64,000 nt of DNA from assembly GCA_017852795.1 (NCBI GenBank), contig JAFMKU010000001.1, positions 43,127-107,126 on the forward strand, written 5' to 3'. The notes under the pieces are model-generated. The model did no database searches. It worked only from the letters and a program-made list of their open reading frames with translations, and had not been told where the DNA came from. The stretch is from Candidatus Neomicrothrix sp. (GTDB lineage: Bacteria; Actinomycetota; Acidimicrobiia; Acidimicrobiales; Aldehydirespiratoraceae). The translations under genes were made by a program, and so were the position numbers. Below are positions 48,146 to 57,070 of the stretch, piece by piece (within the stretch, counting starts at the first letter, position 1; each line of letters begins with the position of its first letter).

Positions 48146-50173
48146 ATGGCGATCACCGAAGAACCCCTAGCCCTTACCAGTGGTGAGACGTTCGCCGAGC
48201 GACCGCTCGGTGTTCTGACCCGCCCCCAGCCCAAAGGCACCTGGCGAGACTGGCTGAGTTCTGTTGACCACAAGAAGATCGGGATCATGTATGGCGTTGC
48301 CGCCATGTTCTTCTTCTTGGTTGGTGGTGCCGAAGCTCTGCTGATCCGGACCCAGCTGGCGTTCCCTGATCAGGGATTCTTGAGCGCCGAGGTCTACAAC
48401 CAGATCTTCACCATGCACGGCGTGACGATGATCTTCTTGTTCGTGATGCCGCTGGCTGCGGCCTTCGCCAACTATCTGATCCCGTTGCAGATCGGCGCCC
48501 GTGACGTGGCGTTCCCGAGACTCAACGCCCTTTCTTTCTGGGTCTGGTTGTCGGGTGCAATCTTCCTCAACACCAGCTGGATTGTTGGCGGTGGCGGGGC
48601 CGACTGTGGATGGTTCTGCTACGCGCCGAACAGTGGTGTGACCTTCTCGCCGACCAATGGCGTCGACTTCTACGCCATTGGTTTGTTGATCGCAGGTATC
48701 GCTTCGCTGGTTTCGGCAGTGAACCTGATCGTCACCGTGCTCAACATGCGGGCACCGGGTATGACCCTGTTCCGGATGCCGGTGCTGACCTGGATGCTGC
48801 TGGTCACCCAGTTCCTGCTGGCTTTCGCCCTGCCGGTCATCACGGTGGCGCTCTTCCTGCTGATTTTCGATCGCCTGTTCGACTCGCAGTTCTTCGATCC
48901 GGCCGCCGGCGCAGACCCGTTGCTCTGGCAGCATCTGTTCTGGATCTTCGGGCATCCCGAGGTGTACATCATCATCCTTCCGAGTTTCGGGATTATCTCG
49001 GAGGTCATCCCGGCGTTCAGCCGTAAACCGATTTTCGGGTACACCTTCATGGTGTTCTCGGGTATCGCCATCGGCTTCATGGGCTGGGGTGTCTGGGCTC
49101 ACCACATGTTCGTTTCCGGGATCGGGCCGATCTCGGTTGCCGCGTTCTCGCTGGCGACGATGTTCATTGCGGTCCCGACCGGTGTGAAGATCCTCAACTG
49201 GCTCGCCACTATGTGGGGCGGACAGTTGCGCTTCACGACCGCCATGTTGTTCGCGGTGGGAACGGTGGCCATGTTTACCATCGGTGGCCTTTCCGGCGTC
49301 ACCCACTCGTTGGCCCCCGCCGACACGCAACAGACCGATACCTACTACATCGTGGCCCATTTCCATTACGTGATCTTCGGTGGCGGTGTGCTCGGCCTGT
49401 TCGCGGGGATCTACTTCTGGTGGCCGAAAGTCTTCGGTCATTTCCTGAACGAAAAGCGGGGCCGCCTGCACTTCTGGTCGATGCTGGTTGGCTTCAACCT
49501 GACCTTCGGCCCGATGCACGTCCTCGGTTTGCAGGGCATGAGCCGCCGCATTGACACCTACTCGGCCGGGTTCGGTTTCGAGTTCTGGAACTTGGTCTCG
49601 ACGATCGGTTCATACCTGCTTGGCCTGTCGGTGTTGTACTTCCTCTACAACGTCTGGCGTTCGAAGAAAGAAGCAGTCAACCTGCCGGCCCCGGGTCCCG
49701 ATCCGTGGGATGCCCGAAGCCTAGAATGGTCGGTCCCTTCGCCGACTCCGGAGCACAACTTCGACGTCATCCCGGTGATCGAATCTCAGGACGACTGGTG
49801 GTTCCGCAAGTACAGCATCGAAGACGATGGTTCCGTGGTTCGGGTCGCCAGCGTCGAGGAAGCAGCGCAGAAGGGTGACGCGACCGGTGTGCATCTGCCA
49901 TCGCCGTCTTTCTGGCCGCTGGTCCTGGCCGTTGGTCTGCCGCTGATCGGGTACGGCCTGATCTTCAACCTCTGGTTGTGTGTGATCGGTGGGCTGCTTA
50001 CCGGTGGCGCCATGTACGCCTGGGCGCTTGAACCGGTGGATGACCCTGACGCTGGTCACGGGCACGACGACCACGGTCATGACGACCACGGTGACGATGA
50101 CCACGGTGATGACGGCCACGGTGATGACGACGACCCGGTCGCGGTAGCGGCCGACTCAGAAGGAGAAGCGTGA
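48146..50173 (+). CDS. ctaD: Cytochrome c oxidase subunit I with C-terminal two-helix extension and His/Asp-rich tail
   Basis: ORF 48074..50173; ATG 48146 preferred, 1 nt after the ctaC stop. All ligands present (FTMHG, WIFGHPEVY, WAHHMF, AHFHYV). Extension HLPSPSFWPLVLAVG...AWALEP, then GHGHDDHGHDDHGDDDHGDDGHGDDDD. Confidence 0.95.
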   Translation: MAITEEPLALTSGETFAERPLGVLTRPQPKGTWRDWLSSVDHKKIGIMYGVAAMFFFLVGGAEALLIRTQLAFPDQGFLSAEVYNQIFTMHGVTMIFLFVMPLAAAFANYLIPLQIGARDVAFPRLNALSFWVWLSGAIFLNTSWIVGGGGADCGWFCYAPNSGVTFSPTNGVDFYAIGLLIAGIASLVSAVNLIVTVLNMRAPGMTLFRMPVLTWMLLVTQFLLAFALPVITVALFLLIFDRLFDSQFFDPAAGADPLLWQHLFWIFGHPEVYIIILPSFGIISEVIPAFSRKPIFGYTFMVFSGIAIGFMGWGVWAHHMFVSGIGPISVAAFSLATMFIAVPTGVKILNWLATMWGGQLRFTTAMLFAVGTVAMFTIGGLSGVTHSLAPADTQQTDTYYIVAHFHYVIFGGGVLGLFAGIYFWWPKVFGHFLNEKRGRLHFWSMLVGFNLTFGPMHVLGLQGMSRRIDTYSAGFGFEFWNLVSTIGSYLLGLSVLYFLYNVWRSKKEAVNLPAPGPDPWDARSLEWSVPSPTPEHNFDVIPVIESQDDWWFRKYSIEDDGSVVRVASVEEAAQKGDATGVHLPSPSFWPLVLAVGLPLIGYGLIFNLWLCVIGGLLTGGAMYAWALEPVDDPDAGHGHDDHGHDDHGDDDHGDDGHGDDDDPVAVAADSEGEA

Positions 50174-50793
50174 TGACTTCGATGACGGCTGAGGCAGCCG
50201 CGGTGTCCCACGATCACGATCCGCACGCCACCAACACGGGTATCTCCAACACCAAGTTGGCCATGTGGTTGTTCCTGTCGACCGAGTGCCTGCTCTTCGG
50301 TGGGCTGATTTCGACCTACCTGCTCTACAAAACTCGGGGCAACGGTCAGGTTCTGCCGACCGACATCTTCGACATCATGTTCACCTCGGTGAGCTCGTTC
50401 GTGCTGCTGGCCAGCTCCCTCACGATGGTGCTGGCGCTCTCGGCGGCGGTCCGTGGAGACATGCACCGGACTCGGGTCTGGTTGATGGTCACCGCCTTGC
50501 TGGGAGCGGTCTTTATCGGTGGGCAGGTTTACGAGTTCACCAGCTTCTACTACGAAGGCTTGGGCTACACCACCAACCCGGCAGCCTCGGCGTTCTACAC
50601 CCTTACCGGGTTCCACGGAATCCACGTCAGCTTGGGTCTGCTGATGCTGATGTCGCTCTTTGTGGCAGCCGGGCAGGGCAAGCTCACCGCCAAGAACCAT
50701 GAAACCATCGAGATTGTCGGCCTGTACTGGCATTTCGTGGACGTGGTCTGGATCTTCATCTTCACTGTCATCTATCTGATCCCGGCCGAGTAG
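50170..50793 (+). CDS. ctaE: Cytochrome c oxidase subunit III
   Basis: ATGA overlap with ctaD. FYTLTGFHGIHVSLG and GLYWHFVDVVWIFIF. Confidence 0.92.
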   Translation: MMTSMTAEAAAVSHDHDPHATNTGISNTKLAMWLFLSTECLLFGGLISTYLLYKTRGNGQVLPTDIFDIMFTSVSSFVLLASSLTMVLALSAAVRGDMHRTRVWLMVTALLGAVFIGGQVYEFTSFYYEGLGYTTNPAASAFYTLTGFHGIHVSLGLLMLMSLFVAAGQGKLTAKNHETIEIVGLYWHFVDVVWIFIFTVIYLIPAE

Positions 50794-50799
50794 GACATC

Positions 50800-51117
50800 A
50801 TGAGCGAACAAGTTGCCCACGCCGAAAGCCACACTCACGAGCACCCATCAGACTTTGAGTACGTCAAGGTCGCGTTGGTGCTGGCCGCCATCACTGCGGT
50901 TGAAGTGTTCACCTACTTTGAGTCGGTGCTCGACTGGGGGGCGTTCCTCATCCCGTCGTTGCTGATCATGATGGTCGTCAAGTTCTGGCTGGTAGCCCGG
51001 ATGTTTATGCATCTCAAGAACGACGAACCCGTCTTGGGCCGTTTTTTCGCTGGGGGGCTGGCGTTGGCGACCGTGGTGTACATCATCGCGTTGCTCGCCT
51101 TTAACTTCTGGAGTTGA
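50800..51117 (+). CDS. ctaF: Cytochrome c oxidase subunit IV (Bacillus/caa3 type)
   Basis: 105 aa, 3 TM helices. VKFWLVARMFMHLKND motif typical of prokaryotic COX4. Confidence 0.8.
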   Translation: MSEQVAHAESHTHEHPSDFEYVKVALVLAAITAVEVFTYFESVLDWGAFLIPSLLIMMVVKFWLVARMFMHLKNDEPVLGRFFAGGLALATVVYIIALLAFNFWS

Positions 51118-52049
51118 TGATGCCTGCGGCCCTCGTTGCGGCCAACGCCTGGCAGTACGAGTTTCATCCCGAGGTCTGGCTGCTCATAGCCGGGCTGGTG
51201 GCGATGGCGGTCTACTCCGTGAAGTACATCGGACCGTTGGTTGTTACCGACGGCAGCCCAGTGGTAACCCGTGGTCAAAAATGGGGGTTTGCGGCGGGGA
51301 TCGCGCTGCTGTGGCTCGCCGCCGACTGGCCGATGCACGACATCGCCGAACAGCACCTCTATGCGGTGCACATGATCCAGCACCTGCTGATCTCGTTCGT
51401 GGTGCCACCGCTGTTGTTGCTGGCCATGCCGGCCTGGCTTGCTCGCCTCATCATCTTGGAAGATGGCGTTCCTCAGCGAATCCTGCGCTTCATGGCCCGA
51501 CCGTTGTTTGCCGGTGTGCTGTTCAACCTTTTGCAGGTGCTCACCCACTGGGGGGCCGTCGTTGATTTGTCGGTGGGCAACGGGGCGTTCCATTACGTGC
51601 TGCATCTGATGGTTTTCGTATCCGCATTGTTGATGTGGTTCCCGGTGCTGGGTCCGCTGCCAGAAATGCAGATGACCGAACCTGGCAAGATGCTGTACCT
51701 CTTCTTGATGTCGATCATCCCAACCGTCCCGGCTGGCTGGCTGACGTTTGCCGACGGCATCGTTTACAAGAGCTACGACCACCCCGACCCGCTGTGGGGG
51801 ATTTCGCCTCGCCAAGATCAGCAGGCGGCCGGCGCGGTGATGAAAGTGGTTGGCGGGTTCTACCTGTGGATCCTGATCGCAATCCGGTTTTTTCGACTGG
51901 CTGGCGAGAATCGACGAGTCGATGAAGAAGCCCGCAAGGCTCGTCGTCGTCAGCAACTGACGTTCTCAGAAGTCGAGCGTCAGTTTGCCGAAGCCGGAGA
52001 TCCGATCGTCGAACCACCGAGTGGCTCAACCGGAGGCCCGCAATCATGA
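51114..52049 (+). CDS. ctaG: Cytochrome c oxidase assembly factor CtaG (Caa3_CtaG family)
   Basis: ATGA overlap with ctaF. Polytopic. HMIQHLLISFVVPPLLLLA and HLMVFVSALLMWFPVLGP. Confidence 0.85.
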   Translation: MMMPAALVAANAWQYEFHPEVWLLIAGLVAMAVYSVKYIGPLVVTDGSPVVTRGQKWGFAAGIALLWLAADWPMHDIAEQHLYAVHMIQHLLISFVVPPLLLLAMPAWLARLIILEDGVPQRILRFMARPLFAGVLFNLLQVLTHWGAVVDLSVGNGAFHYVLHLMVFVSALLMWFPVLGPLPEMQMTEPGKMLYLFLMSIIPTVPAGWLTFADGIVYKSYDHPDPLWGISPRQDQQAAGAVMKVVGGFYLWILIAIRFFRLAGENRRVDEEARKARRRQQLTFSEVERQFAEAGDPIVEPPSGSTGGPQS

Positions 52050-52102
52050 ATGCCTCGGCGGTGAAGCCGCGGGCAATCCGTGGGGTCTGACGGGGACGGC
52101 GT

Positions 52103-52117
52103 TACGGTCTACCCATG
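52103..52117 (+). promoter_or_regulatory. Candidate -10 for a leaderless serS transcript
   Basis: TACGGT (52103-52108), 6 nt, then ATG 52115. No SD. Confidence 0.5.
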
Positions 52118-53404
52118 CTCGATATCAAGCTGATCCGAAACGAACCGGACAAGGTCCGGGCCGGGCTGGTCCGCCGTGGTGACGACCCGTCCGCGATCGA
52201 TCATGTGCTGGAACTCGACAGCCAACTGAGGGCGATCGGTACCGAACGCGACGATATTCGTTCCGAAGTCAACCAGTTGTCGAAGCAGGTCGGCGAACTG
52301 CACCGAGACGGTCGATCCGAGGACGCCAGCGAACTGCAAGCCCGCAGTAAACAGCTGGGTGAGCGAGAACGGGAACTTACCGATCGGGCCGAAGCGCTTC
52401 AGGCCGATGTGCGGCTGGCCTTGTTGTCGATCTCCAACTTGCCCGCAGCGGAAGCCCCCGATGGTTTGACCGAAGACGACAACGTGGTGGTGCGGGTCAA
52501 CGAACTCCCGGCCGACGCCTACGGGGATCATCAGCGGGTACCTCATTGGGAAATCGGTGCCGAGTTGGGGATCCTCGACGTGGACCGTGCCGTTCGGATG
52601 TCGGGTTCGATGTTTGCCATGTATCGGGGGGCGGGAGCGCACCTGCTCAGCGCCTTGATCAACTATGGCCTCGACCGTAACCGCGACGCGTTCGAGCAGA
52701 TCCGGCCGCCCACGCTGGTCAAAACCGAGACCATGGTCGGCACCGGTCACCTTCCGAAGTTCAGCGACGACGCCTATCAGGTAGAGCGTGACGACCTTTG
52801 GGCTATCCCCACGGGGGAGGTGCCGTTGACCTCGATAGTTGCCGGCGAGGTGCTCGATGAGGACGAGTTGCCGATGCGGCTCATGGCTCACACCAGCTGC
52901 TACCGGCGAGAAGCCGGTTCGGCGGGTCGTGACACCCGGGGGCTGCTGAGAGTTCATGAGTTCGACAAGGTTGAGCTGTACGCCTTCTGCACCCCAGATG
53001 ATGCTCAGAGCCTCCATCACGAGATCCTCGAACGAGCCGAACAGGCGATCGTCGATCTTGGTCTCGCCCATCGGGTACTTGATTTGGCCTGTGGTGACAT
53101 CAGCGGCGCGGGGGCCCGCACCTACGACATCGAGGTGTTCGCACCGGGAGCCGATCGTTGGCTTGAGGTGAGTTCGGTGAGCTGGTGTACCGACTATCAG
53201 GCCCGTCGGGCCAACATCCGCTATCGGCCCAACGGGCAGAAAGGAACCGAGTTCGTGCATTCGCTCAACGGTTCGGGTCTGGCGGTTCCTCGGGTGTGGG
53301 CGGCCATTGTGGAAACGCACCGTCAACCAGACGGTTCGGTGCGGATCCCGGACGTGCTCCAGCCCTACATGGGCGGCATGACCGCGATTGCTGTTCCCAG
53401 CTAA
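52115..53404 (+). CDS. serS: Seryl-tRNA synthetase
   Basis: 429 aa. MLDIKLIRNEPDKV, class II motifs (TSCYRREAGS, FDKVELY, GSGLAVPRVWAAIVE). Confidence 0.96.
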   Translation: MLDIKLIRNEPDKVRAGLVRRGDDPSAIDHVLELDSQLRAIGTERDDIRSEVNQLSKQVGELHRDGRSEDASELQARSKQLGERERELTDRAEALQADVRLALLSISNLPAAEAPDGLTEDDNVVVRVNELPADAYGDHQRVPHWEIGAELGILDVDRAVRMSGSMFAMYRGAGAHLLSALINYGLDRNRDAFEQIRPPTLVKTETMVGTGHLPKFSDDAYQVERDDLWAIPTGEVPLTSIVAGEVLDEDELPMRLMAHTSCYRREAGSAGRDTRGLLRVHEFDKVELYAFCTPDDAQSLHHEILERAEQAIVDLGLAHRVLDLACGDISGAGARTYDIEVFAPGADRWLEVSSVSWCTDYQARRANIRYRPNGQKGTEFVHSLNGSGLAVPRVWAAIVETHRQPDGSVRIPDVLQPYMGGMTAIAVPS

Positions 53405-53440
53405 TTCTTTGGTTGACGAACGCGCGGCCAGACGCGGGAC

Positions 53441-53761
53441 CTAACCGAGCGATAGCCCGAACGCCGCGGCGGCCACCCCGGCGACCACGGTGAGCGCCGC
53501 GTAGCTAAACGCCTGACCGCGGCGTTGTTCGGCAATGTCCACGATTTCGGCGATCAACGTGGAAAAGGTGGTGAGCGCACCAAGACCCGCGACTCCCAGC
53601 ACCATTTCGTGATCGGGCCCCACCGCACTGACCCAGCCGAGCAGGAACGCGCCGGCGACGTTCACCAGCAGGGTTCCGACCGGGCGGGGGAGCAGCATCC
53701 CGGTACGCCAACGGATTGCTGTACCGAGACCGGCGGCGAGAACGAACGCCATCACCGTCAT
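53441..53761 (-). CDS. crcB: Fluoride channel CrcB/FluC (second copy of a pair)
   Basis: ORF 53441..53803; ATG 53761 preferred, giving an ATGA overlap with the upstream crcB. GTLLVNVAGAFLLG and GALTTFST. Confidence 0.85.
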   Translation of the reverse strand: MTVMAFVLAAGLGTAIRWRTGMLLPRPVGTLLVNVAGAFLLGWVSAVGPDHEMVLGVAGLGALTTFSTLIAEIVDIAEQRRGQAFSYAALTVVAGVAAAAFGLSLG

Positions 53762-54144
53762 GGGAGGGCCTCGGAGGGAGTCGGGTCGAACCGTCCCGGC
53801 CATCGTCGACCCAGCAGGTACCCGCCTCCGGCCAGCAGAAACGAGGCCAATCCGATGATCAGTGCCGGTCCAGGTTGGTTATCGCGGAACCGTTCGGCCA
53901 CGGCGAGCGCGAATCCAGAAAAGGTGGTGAGCCCACCGCAGAACCCCACCGCAAGCCAGCGGGTGGACCGACGAGGAGGCCCGGCGAGTACCGCGCCGAG
54001 GATGAACGAACCGATCGTGTTGACCACCAGCAGGGTTGCGGTGGGGTTCGCGACGGTTTCTCCAACGGCCCAGCGCAGGCCCGAACCGAGGATCCCGGCG
54101 ATCACCACCGGGCCGATGAGCCGACCCGCTACCCGACGTTTCAT
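53758..54144 (-). CDS. crcB: Fluoride channel CrcB/FluC (first copy of a pair)
   Basis: ORF 53758..54168; ATG 54144 preferred (MKRRVAG). TLLVVNTIGSFILG and GGLTTFSGF. Confidence 0.85.
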   Translation of the reverse strand: MKRRVAGRLIGPVVIAGILGSGLRWAVGETVANPTATLLVVNTIGSFILGAVLAGPPRRSTRWLAVGFCGGLTTFSGFALAVAERFRDNQPGPALIIGLASFLLAGGGYLLGRRWPGRFDPTPSEALP

Positions 54145-54156
54145 GCCAGCACCGTA
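54142..54156 (-). promoter_or_regulatory. Candidate -10 for a leaderless crcB transcript
   Basis: Minus strand: TACGGT (54156-54151), 6 nt, then ATG 54144. It overlaps the pdxH -10 by 2 nt. Confidence 0.45.
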
Positions 54157-54169
54157 GAGTCTCCGCATG
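54155..54169 (+). promoter_or_regulatory. Candidate -10 for a leaderless pdxH transcript
   Basis: TAGAGT (54155-54160), 6 nt, then ATG 54167. No SD. Confidence 0.5.
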
Positions 54170-54799
54170 GACTTGGAGTCGATCCGTCACCAATACGAGA
54201 TGGCGGGGCTCGACGTCACCGACGTCGCCCCCGACCCGCTGGACCAGTTCCGGGCCTGGCTCGCCGACTGGACTGCAACCGGGCACCGCGAACCAGGGAT
54301 GGTGGTGGTGAGCACAGTTGACGCTGACGGCTGGCCAGCGAGCCGGGTGGTGTTACTTCGGTCGTTCGATCACCACGGGTTCGTCTTCTACACCAACCGG
54401 TCCTCGGCGAAAGGGCGGGCGTTAGACGAAACGGCTCGGGCCAGCCTGCTTTTCGTCTGGCACGATCTCGAACGCCAGGTACGGATCGACGGTGACGTGA
54501 CCCGGGTCAGTGACGAAGAATCAGACCGCTACTTCGCGGGCCGGCCTCGCGAAAGCCAGCTCGGCGCCTGGGCCAGCAACCAGTCGGAGGTCATCGCCAG
54601 TCGAGAGGTCCTTGACGAGGCGGTACGCACCTATCGCGATCAGTTCCGCAACGAAGTGCCCCGTCCCCCCCACTGGGGTGGGTATCGGGTTGTTCCGAAC
54701 CGCTACGAATTCTGGCAGGGTCGTCCTAGCCGACTCCATGACCGGGTGCGGTACCGCCGAAACGAAGACAGCTGGATCATCGAACGGCTCGCTCCCTAG
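54167..54799 (+). CDS. pdxH: Pyridoxamine 5'-phosphate oxidase
   Basis: 210 aa. RVVLLRSFD..GFVFYTN..S.KG, ESD.YFAGRPRESQLGAWAS and C-terminal EFWQGRPSRLHDR. Confidence 0.92.
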   Translation: MDLESIRHQYEMAGLDVTDVAPDPLDQFRAWLADWTATGHREPGMVVVSTVDADGWPASRVVLLRSFDHHGFVFYTNRSSAKGRALDETARASLLFVWHDLERQVRIDGDVTRVSDEESDRYFAGRPRESQLGAWASNQSEVIASREVLDEAVRTYRDQFRNEVPRPPHWGGYRVVPNRYEFWQGRPSRLHDRVRYRRNEDSWIIERLAP

Positions 54800-54803
54800 C
54801 GCG

Positions 54804-55430
54804 TCAGTCCGCTGACCATGTTGACACTGCGGCGCACAAGGCTGCGATGAGCGATGAGACGTCCAGCGCCCGCGGGGTTCCTTCGTGGTCGCTCCAGTTG
54901 GCGGCGTCGCGGTTCCAGCGAATTGGTGGTGGCAGTTCGATCTGTACCCCGCAATTCACCGGAAGGTTGACCGGATTGCGCGGATGCTGCCCGCGGAGCC
55001 CATCGGGGATTTCTTCGAGGTCAACGACCACGCCATAGCGCTCGTCGAGTCCAGCCGCGAGGTGGGTTCCGAGATGGTGGGCGAGTTCACGGTTGCGACC
55101 ACCCAACAAGATGTCCCAGAACCGGTCGTCGCGTCCGTACCCGTGGACGGCGATTACCGTGTCGACCCGGTCCAAAAACGCGGCTAGCGACTCGGAATGC
55201 ATGGGGTCGAACCGAATGCTGGGGATGTGCTGACGAAACGGTGCGGCCTGGATCACTCCGTAGTACGACGAGCCGGTCTGCTCGGCAACTTCGGCGGCGA
55301 TGACATCGGTGGTGCGTTCAAGGTTGCCGCCGTGAAACGCCATCAACCCGAACGAGCCTCGAAGCTCACAGACCTCGGTGATTTCAGGTCGGGCCAGAAA
55401 CGAACGCAACACCTCGGAGACGTTAGCCAC
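54804..55430 (-). CDS. Poly-gamma-glutamate hydrolase family (PghP/YjqB-like) protein
   Basis: 208 aa, GTG start. MAFHGGNLERTTD, VIAVHGYG and QIELP pattern typical of the family. Confidence 0.65.
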   Translation of the reverse strand: MANVSEVLRSFLARPEITEVCELRGSFGLMAFHGGNLERTTDVIAAEVAEQTGSSYYGVIQAAPFRQHIPSIRFDPMHSESLAAFLDRVDTVIAVHGYGRDDRFWDILLGGRNRELAHHLGTHLAAGLDERYGVVVDLEEIPDGLRGQHPRNPVNLPVNCGVQIELPPPIRWNRDAANWSDHEGTPRALDVSSLIAALCAAVSTWSAD

Positions 55431-55440
55431 CAGATGGCGG

Positions 55441-56409
55441 TCAGGGAATCACCAAGCGCAGAACGGGTCGGACGAAAAAGTCCCAGTCGTTTACTGCTTC
55501 GACAAAGACGAAGAAGATCAACCAGAGCGAAGTCACCGAGCGGCGGCGCAGCGTGTCGCGGGGATGGTCCGATCGCCAAGCCAGCAGGAGCAAACCCGAC
55601 ACGGCGAAGAGACTCAGAACCCCGAGGCGTTGCGGGGTGGCGTCGCTGATCCAGCCGCTGATCGTCGCCTGGAACCCGAGGAACTGGTCAACCATCAGGT
55701 TGCCGGCGTTGATGTCGTCCTGCAGTCGGATTTCCCAGATGCCGTAGTCGATCAGGTAGATACCCGCGGCGATCAGGATCAGCCCGGAAAGCGGTTCGAC
55801 GTAGGGAAGAATTCGACGCAACCCGGACGCCACCCCCGATTTGGCCCAGGCCAGACTGACGGTGAGGAACACCACCACTGCGCCCATCCCTAATCCGTAG
55901 GCGATAAAGCTGCCGACGCCGTTGGCCACGCCGTCAGTGGTGAACGTGTTGTTGACGGCCTGAAGGAACAACCCGAGCGTGCAACTCAACGACACGACGG
56001 CGTAGGAAACCCCGAACAAGAACACCGACCCAACCCCTCGCCCCGAACCGGCCCGAGCCAGGCCAAGTACTGGGAGCCGGATCGAACGACCCAACAGGAT
56101 CGCCACCCCTACCGGTACTAGCAGCACCCCGATCACCACGGTGATCAGCCCGACGTGCTCAACGACGGTCGCCTGGTTCACGAACCAGGAAATCAGCAGG
56201 CCGACGCTGCCAAAGACTGCGACGAAACCCAGCGTCAAGATGGTGCCGACCCAGAGCCCTCGAGTGACCGCCCGGAGTCGTGAACGGGGGGCGGTTTCGG
56301 TGCCGAGGAAGAAACCAAGGTAGGTGGGCAGCATGGCAAACCCGCAGGGGTTGACCGCAGCGAGCAGGCCGACCCCAAACGGGAACGTGAACTGTTCAAT
56401 CCCACTCAC
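55441..56409 (-). CDS. ccdA: Cytochrome c biogenesis thiol-reductant transporter CcdA (DsbD-core family)
   Basis: ORF 55441..56580; GTG 56409 preferred, giving a GTGA overlap with the tlpA stop. Conserved Cys motifs AAVNPCGF and VVSLSCTLG. About 6-8 TM helices. Confidence 0.85.
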   Translation of the reverse strand: MSGIEQFTFPFGVGLLAAVNPCGFAMLPTYLGFFLGTETAPRSRLRAVTRGLWVGTILTLGFVAVFGSVGLLISWFVNQATVVEHVGLITVVIGVLLVPVGVAILLGRSIRLPVLGLARAGSGRGVGSVFLFGVSYAVVSLSCTLGLFLQAVNNTFTTDGVANGVGSFIAYGLGMGAVVVFLTVSLAWAKSGVASGLRRILPYVEPLSGLILIAAGIYLIDYGIWEIRLQDDINAGNLMVDQFLGFQATISGWISDATPQRLGVLSLFAVSGLLLLAWRSDHPRDTLRRRSVTSLWLIFFVFVEAVNDWDFFVRPVLRLVIP

Positions 56410-57035
56410 GAGTCGACCGCTTCGGGAGATACCAGCAGTTCGTCGATCATCGACCGAAGCGACGTTCGACTGAGCGCGCTTGATCGGACGGTTCGGATGA
56501 TTCCGTCGGCGTCGACCAGCACGGTTGTTGGCATGGCGTACCCGCCGAAGGCGGCAACGAGCGATGCTTGAGGATCCCAACCCAAGTCGTAGGTAACCCC
56601 GGTTTGCTCAACCAGGGTTTCGGCGTCGGAACGGCGAGGATCGTTTGAGATCCCGACAAAGGCAACGGTGTCATCGAGTGCCTCGAAAACGGCCTGAAAG
56701 TCTGGCATTTCGGCGACGCAGGCAGTGCAGCTCCGAGCGAAGAAGTTGATGACCAGTGGCCGCCCTCGGTAGTCGGCAAAGTTTGCCGTGCGACCATCAA
56801 AGGTGGTGAACGGCCGGTCGACGAGTTCGCCGACGGTCACGGCCGCGGAGCTCGGATCTGGTTCAGGGGTTCCCGAACCGAGACGCATGACGTCGTCGGA
56901 CCCGCCGCAGGCCGCGGCCAAGAACATCAACATCGTCAGCACGGCCCCGGCCAACGGCCGTGGTGGGCGCCGGAGTCTGGACTGAGAAGAGCGGAACGTG
57001 ATCACGGCTGGTCGCAACGTAGTCGTAGGGGGCAC
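56406..57035 (-). CDS. TlpA/ResA-family thiol-disulfide oxidoreductase lipoprotein
   Basis: Lipobox FLAAACGG. Thioredoxin-fold motif NFFARSCTACVAEMP. TACCGT lies 5 nt upstream of GTG 57035. Confidence 0.85.
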   Translation of the reverse strand: MPPTTTLRPAVITFRSSQSRLRRPPRPLAGAVLTMLMFLAAACGGSDDVMRLGSGTPEPDPSSAAVTVGELVDRPFTTFDGRTANFADYRGRPLVINFFARSCTACVAEMPDFQAVFEALDDTVAFVGISNDPRRSDAETLVEQTGVTYDLGWDPQASLVAAFGGYAMPTTVLVDADGIIRTVRSSALSRTSLRSMIDELLVSPEAVDS

Positions 57036-57070
57036 CGAGAACGGTAGCGGCCGATCGCCTGAACCCCGGG

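Noticed and set aside
52050-52114. Possible T-box or other leader upstream of serS.
   Set aside because: Only 65 nt are available and they contain a -10 hexamer 6 nt from the ATG, so there is no room for a T-box fold.
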